Assembly (NCBI GenBank): GCA_002256025.1
Contig: NKIB01012257.1
Coordinates: 1-64,000 of the forward strand
DNA from: Asterionella formosa
Lineage: Eukaryota
Direction of reading: 5' to 3'
DNA length: 64,000 bases
Program-made: the position numbers and the translations under genes
Part shown: piece by piece, positions 61,470-64,000 of the stretch
Position numbering within the stretch: the stretch's first letter is position 1
Layout: each line of letters opens with the position of its first letter
Notes under the pieces: generated by a model
Database searches by the model: none
The model's input: the letters and a program-made list of their open reading frames with translations, nothing else
Told to the model about the DNA's origin: nothing

Positions 61470-61840
61470 TCGCTCAGTGGTTAGGGAATAGCTTAGTGTT
61501 TTAGCAGGTTGCCTTTGATCTGAGGTTGTGAGGTTCGACTCCCGCAATTTTTTTGAGAATTAATGGTTGGGTTCGACTCCCACACTCCTTACTGTCCTGC
61601 ACGGTCTTGCCTGGTGCGCAAGAAACAGTGGCTTTGCTCCCCTACAAGCAGGCCGCCTTCTTAGGTCGGAGTTTCCCCTAATGCTGTGGCTAAAATGATC
61701 ACCTTTCGCGAAAGGTGAATGGGGACGCATCTACGCTAACAGAACTAGGGAAGCACAGGTCTTGTCGGCAAGTAGCACAATGAAAGACTTGCATAGAAAT
61801 AAGGGAGTACGAATGGGCTATAAAACATGCTATCCTTTTA
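61470..61840 (+). ncRNA. tRNA-headed structured element (SINE-like or unknown Pol III ncRNA)
   Basis: A-box-like sequences at 61470 and 61489, B-box GGTTCGACTCC at 61532 and 61570, several nested stems in 61584-61808 and a terminal TTTT. Confidence 0.6.
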
Positions 61841-62081
61841 ATTCACTCAGTAGATATCTCCCTATTTCTCTATTTTCTGTTCACATATATTCTTAACTCT
61901 GATTGGCATTAATGCTGCTTGATTGCTTGCAAGGAAAACAAGATTTCCTAAGAGGCAGTCACAACACACTTTACCTCTTAATCGTTGTCTACGTGGCCTT
62001 GAAAAACCAAGAAGGCAGCCTAAGAATTGGAAGGGTGCAGGAAGGAAAATAAAAATCTTAATGGCATTTCCTTTGTATTAT

Positions 62082-64000
62082 CTACAGAATAATCCTGACT
62101 CTTTGCTCGCCTTCGCGCCGTTTGTCCATGGAATCAAACTTGAGGCACTCGACTGACAGTATGGATTCAAACTGGGAGGCAAAGTGAATTCCGTCTACAA
62201 TGCTGGCCTTTGCTCCAAAAGATTGTTTTAGTGGAGTCATCTCCACCTTCTGCCGCTTCCCAGCTAGATAACAATTCAGTGCGGTTTCATCAGGGGTCAC
62301 TTTCTCTTTCTGCATGGCATATACAATTTGAAGAGCAATATCTGGTCGCAGCGCTCGTCCACTAACAAATAGTAGCCCATGATAGGAGGCGACAAGAGTT
62401 AAATCCAGCGCTCTTTTGTCTCTGATACATTCTCTTCTGATCATACTCTTCCAAGCTGTTAATGCACCATTGATATCATCACCAAACAATCGGAAGACCC
62501 CATTGACAAAGCGACCATCTATTGGCACTCCTGAACGAGAAGCATTCTGGAAGAGTTCTATTGCGACTGAGGCATTGCAATTACCATATTGCAATGCCTT
62601 GGCAGCAAGAGCATAGGTCTGCGAGTTAGGTCTTGGGGCTCTGACACCAACTCCCTTACCTGAGATTTGCTTATTCATCAGGTCAAGCACAATGCGAGCT
62701 GCATCTGGGGCCGACAATGAATCAATGTGGGTGGCAAGAGAAAATTTTAGATTCTGCGATATCACATTTCCTCCTCCTACAACCATCAATTCTTGTTCCA
62801 AAACCCGAGCTGCTTCAGATGATCTAGCTTGAATCAGTGTGCTGCCATCCCCACATTTAGCAAAAGCGCCCATCAGAGCATTCCACGTACGAACATCGCC
62901 ATTTGGAAACATTTCAAACATCCAGCAGGCCGACGATATATCTCTGAGATTTCCGTAAGCAGATATTGCTGCACGAAGGACGGCATCTGTCACGTCCACT
63001 TCACACTCTATTAAGCCCACACGCATCAGCTCTGTTAGTTCTTTTTCGTCCAATGCAAACCCAGTCATAGAGGTCAAAGTATACTTGTCTGGTCGAAAAC
63101 CTGCCTCTATCAATCTCCTGTACATTTCAATTGCTTTCCCTCTGATTCCTTGATCTCCATCTTTGTCAAAAATATTTTTATATCCAGATATCATAATGTT
63201 GTAGTGACGAGTAGATGCCCTAACCTTCAAGAATTTGTCAAAGACAATTTGAGCGCTGGCCATTTCCCCAGCTCTACAGAGAGTCGTCAAAAAAGCCGCA
63301 AATGCTGACGATAGCATCTCATCATCTTGTTTCTGAACAGTAAACGTTTCCAGCATCGTTGCTAAATCTTGAGTCTTACCTGTTCTTGCCAATGGCAAAA
63401 TAACCAAATCAATTGTGTATCGATCTGGCTGAAACACGGATATGATTTCATTCAGAATAGCAAGTGCTTCTTCGTTTGTTGTTGCAACTTTAAGGCGAGC
63501 ATGATAACAATACAGCGTAGGTTCGATTCCAAGGCGCACGAGCTCTTGCCACAGTTGGTCTACCAAAGGTCGACTTGACAAATTCATGACCGTTGCAAAC
63601 GACGTTGCATCCAAAGCAATATTCCAACGTGATTGACAGCTGCTCAATATCGATATGACGTTCTCAAGTCTATCGCCTTGATCATCTAACAAGGCTGCTA
63701 GATAAGTATTGAGTGCCAGCACACTAATTTGTTCTTGCTTCGCTGTTGCCACATCTCGTAGTTGATCTAATGTCGATTCCATCCTTTGGATTCGGCCACC
63801 TTGTCGAAGTCCTTGCAGGTACGCAACATACGCAATAGAGGATGGTAAATGTTGCTGCTGTAACAAGTCTTCCATTAATTGTTGTGCAGTGTCCAACAAA
63901 CCAGCAATGGACAGCACCTTGACCAGTCGTTCCTTAATATCTACAGAATTTGGTATATCTGATATTTGTAACAATCGACCAGCATCTGATACTTGTCGTG
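62082..64000 (-). CDS. Pentatricopeptide repeat (PPR) protein, 5' end beyond the window
   Basis: PPR-like units PSSIAYVAYLQG, HYNIMISGY…GFRPDKYTLTSM, DVRTWNALMGAF, PNSQTY, VTPDETALN. The frame stays open to the window edge. Confidence 0.85.
   Translation of the reverse strand, partial: RQVSDAGRLLQISDIPNSVDIKERLVKVLSIAGLLDTAQQLMEDLLQQQHLPSSIAYVAYLQGLRQGGRIQRMESTLDQLRDVATAKQEQISVLALNTYLAALLDDQGDRLENVISILSSCQSRWNIALDATSFATVMNLSSRPLVDQLWQELVRLGIEPTLYCYHARLKVATTNEEALAILNEIISVFQPDRYTIDLVILPLARTGKTQDLATMLETFTVQKQDDEMLSSAFAAFLTTLCRAGEMASAQIVFDKFLKVRASTRHYNIMISGYKNIFDKDGDQGIRGKAIEMYRRLIEAGFRPDKYTLTSMTGFALDEKELTELMRVGLIECEVDVTDAVLRAAISAYGNLRDISSACWMFEMFPNGDVRTWNALMGAFAKCGDGSTLIQARSSEAARVLEQELMVVGGGNVISQNLKFSLATHIDSLSAPDAARIVLDLMNKQISGKGVGVRAPRPNSQTYALAAKALQYGNCNASVAIELFQNASRSGVPIDGRFVNGVFRLFGDDINGALTAWKSMIRRECIRDKRALDLTLVASYHGLLFVSGRALRPDIALQIVYAMQKEKVTPDETALNCYLAGKRQKVEMTPLKQSFGAKASIVDGIHFASQFESILSVECLKFDSMDKRREGEQRVRIIL

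Noticed and set aside
61484..61546. Functional tRNA gene
   Set aside because: A and B boxes are present, but there is no convincing acceptor stem or anticodon arm.
61670..61730. HDV-like ribozyme or telomerase template within the structured element
   Set aside because: P1/P3/L3 could not be assembled and the catalytic C position reads T in GGTGAATGGGGAC. Only a single CCCTAA is present, which is too short for a template.

Overview
This is eukaryotic nuclear DNA, most consistent with a diatom: short GT-AG introns, bipartite 'ASAF'-type plastid presequences and a nucleus-encoded IspF. About 19 protein-coding genes lie in compact islands. They include the Nup98-Nup96 precursor, a SET protein, an arrestin-like protein, a PhyH dioxygenase, an ABC ATPase, IspF, a bZIP factor, an SGNH hydrolase, a DinB-like protein, SWR1, a JmjC protein, a sulfotransferase, threonine synthase, a Cys/His protein and a PPR protein. 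The islands are separated by AT-rich, CpG-poor tracts of decayed transposons (pogo/Tigger, Ty1/copia, PIF/Harbinger, IS630/Tc1-like, nested TIR elements, tRNA-derived SINE-like pieces). The most notable observations are: (1) a SWR1-type remodeller fused C-terminally to WW + F-box + beta-helix, with five copies of an acidic repeat; (2) an adjacent JmjC protein with a degenerate SET-like tail; (3) a tRNA-headed, extensively base-paired non-coding element at about 61.5-61.8 kb; (4) a threonine synthase intron bounded by a 9-bp direct repeat; (5) a recurrent intergenic TACC(W)GGTA palindrome. All calls were made by eye from motifs. No database searches were run.
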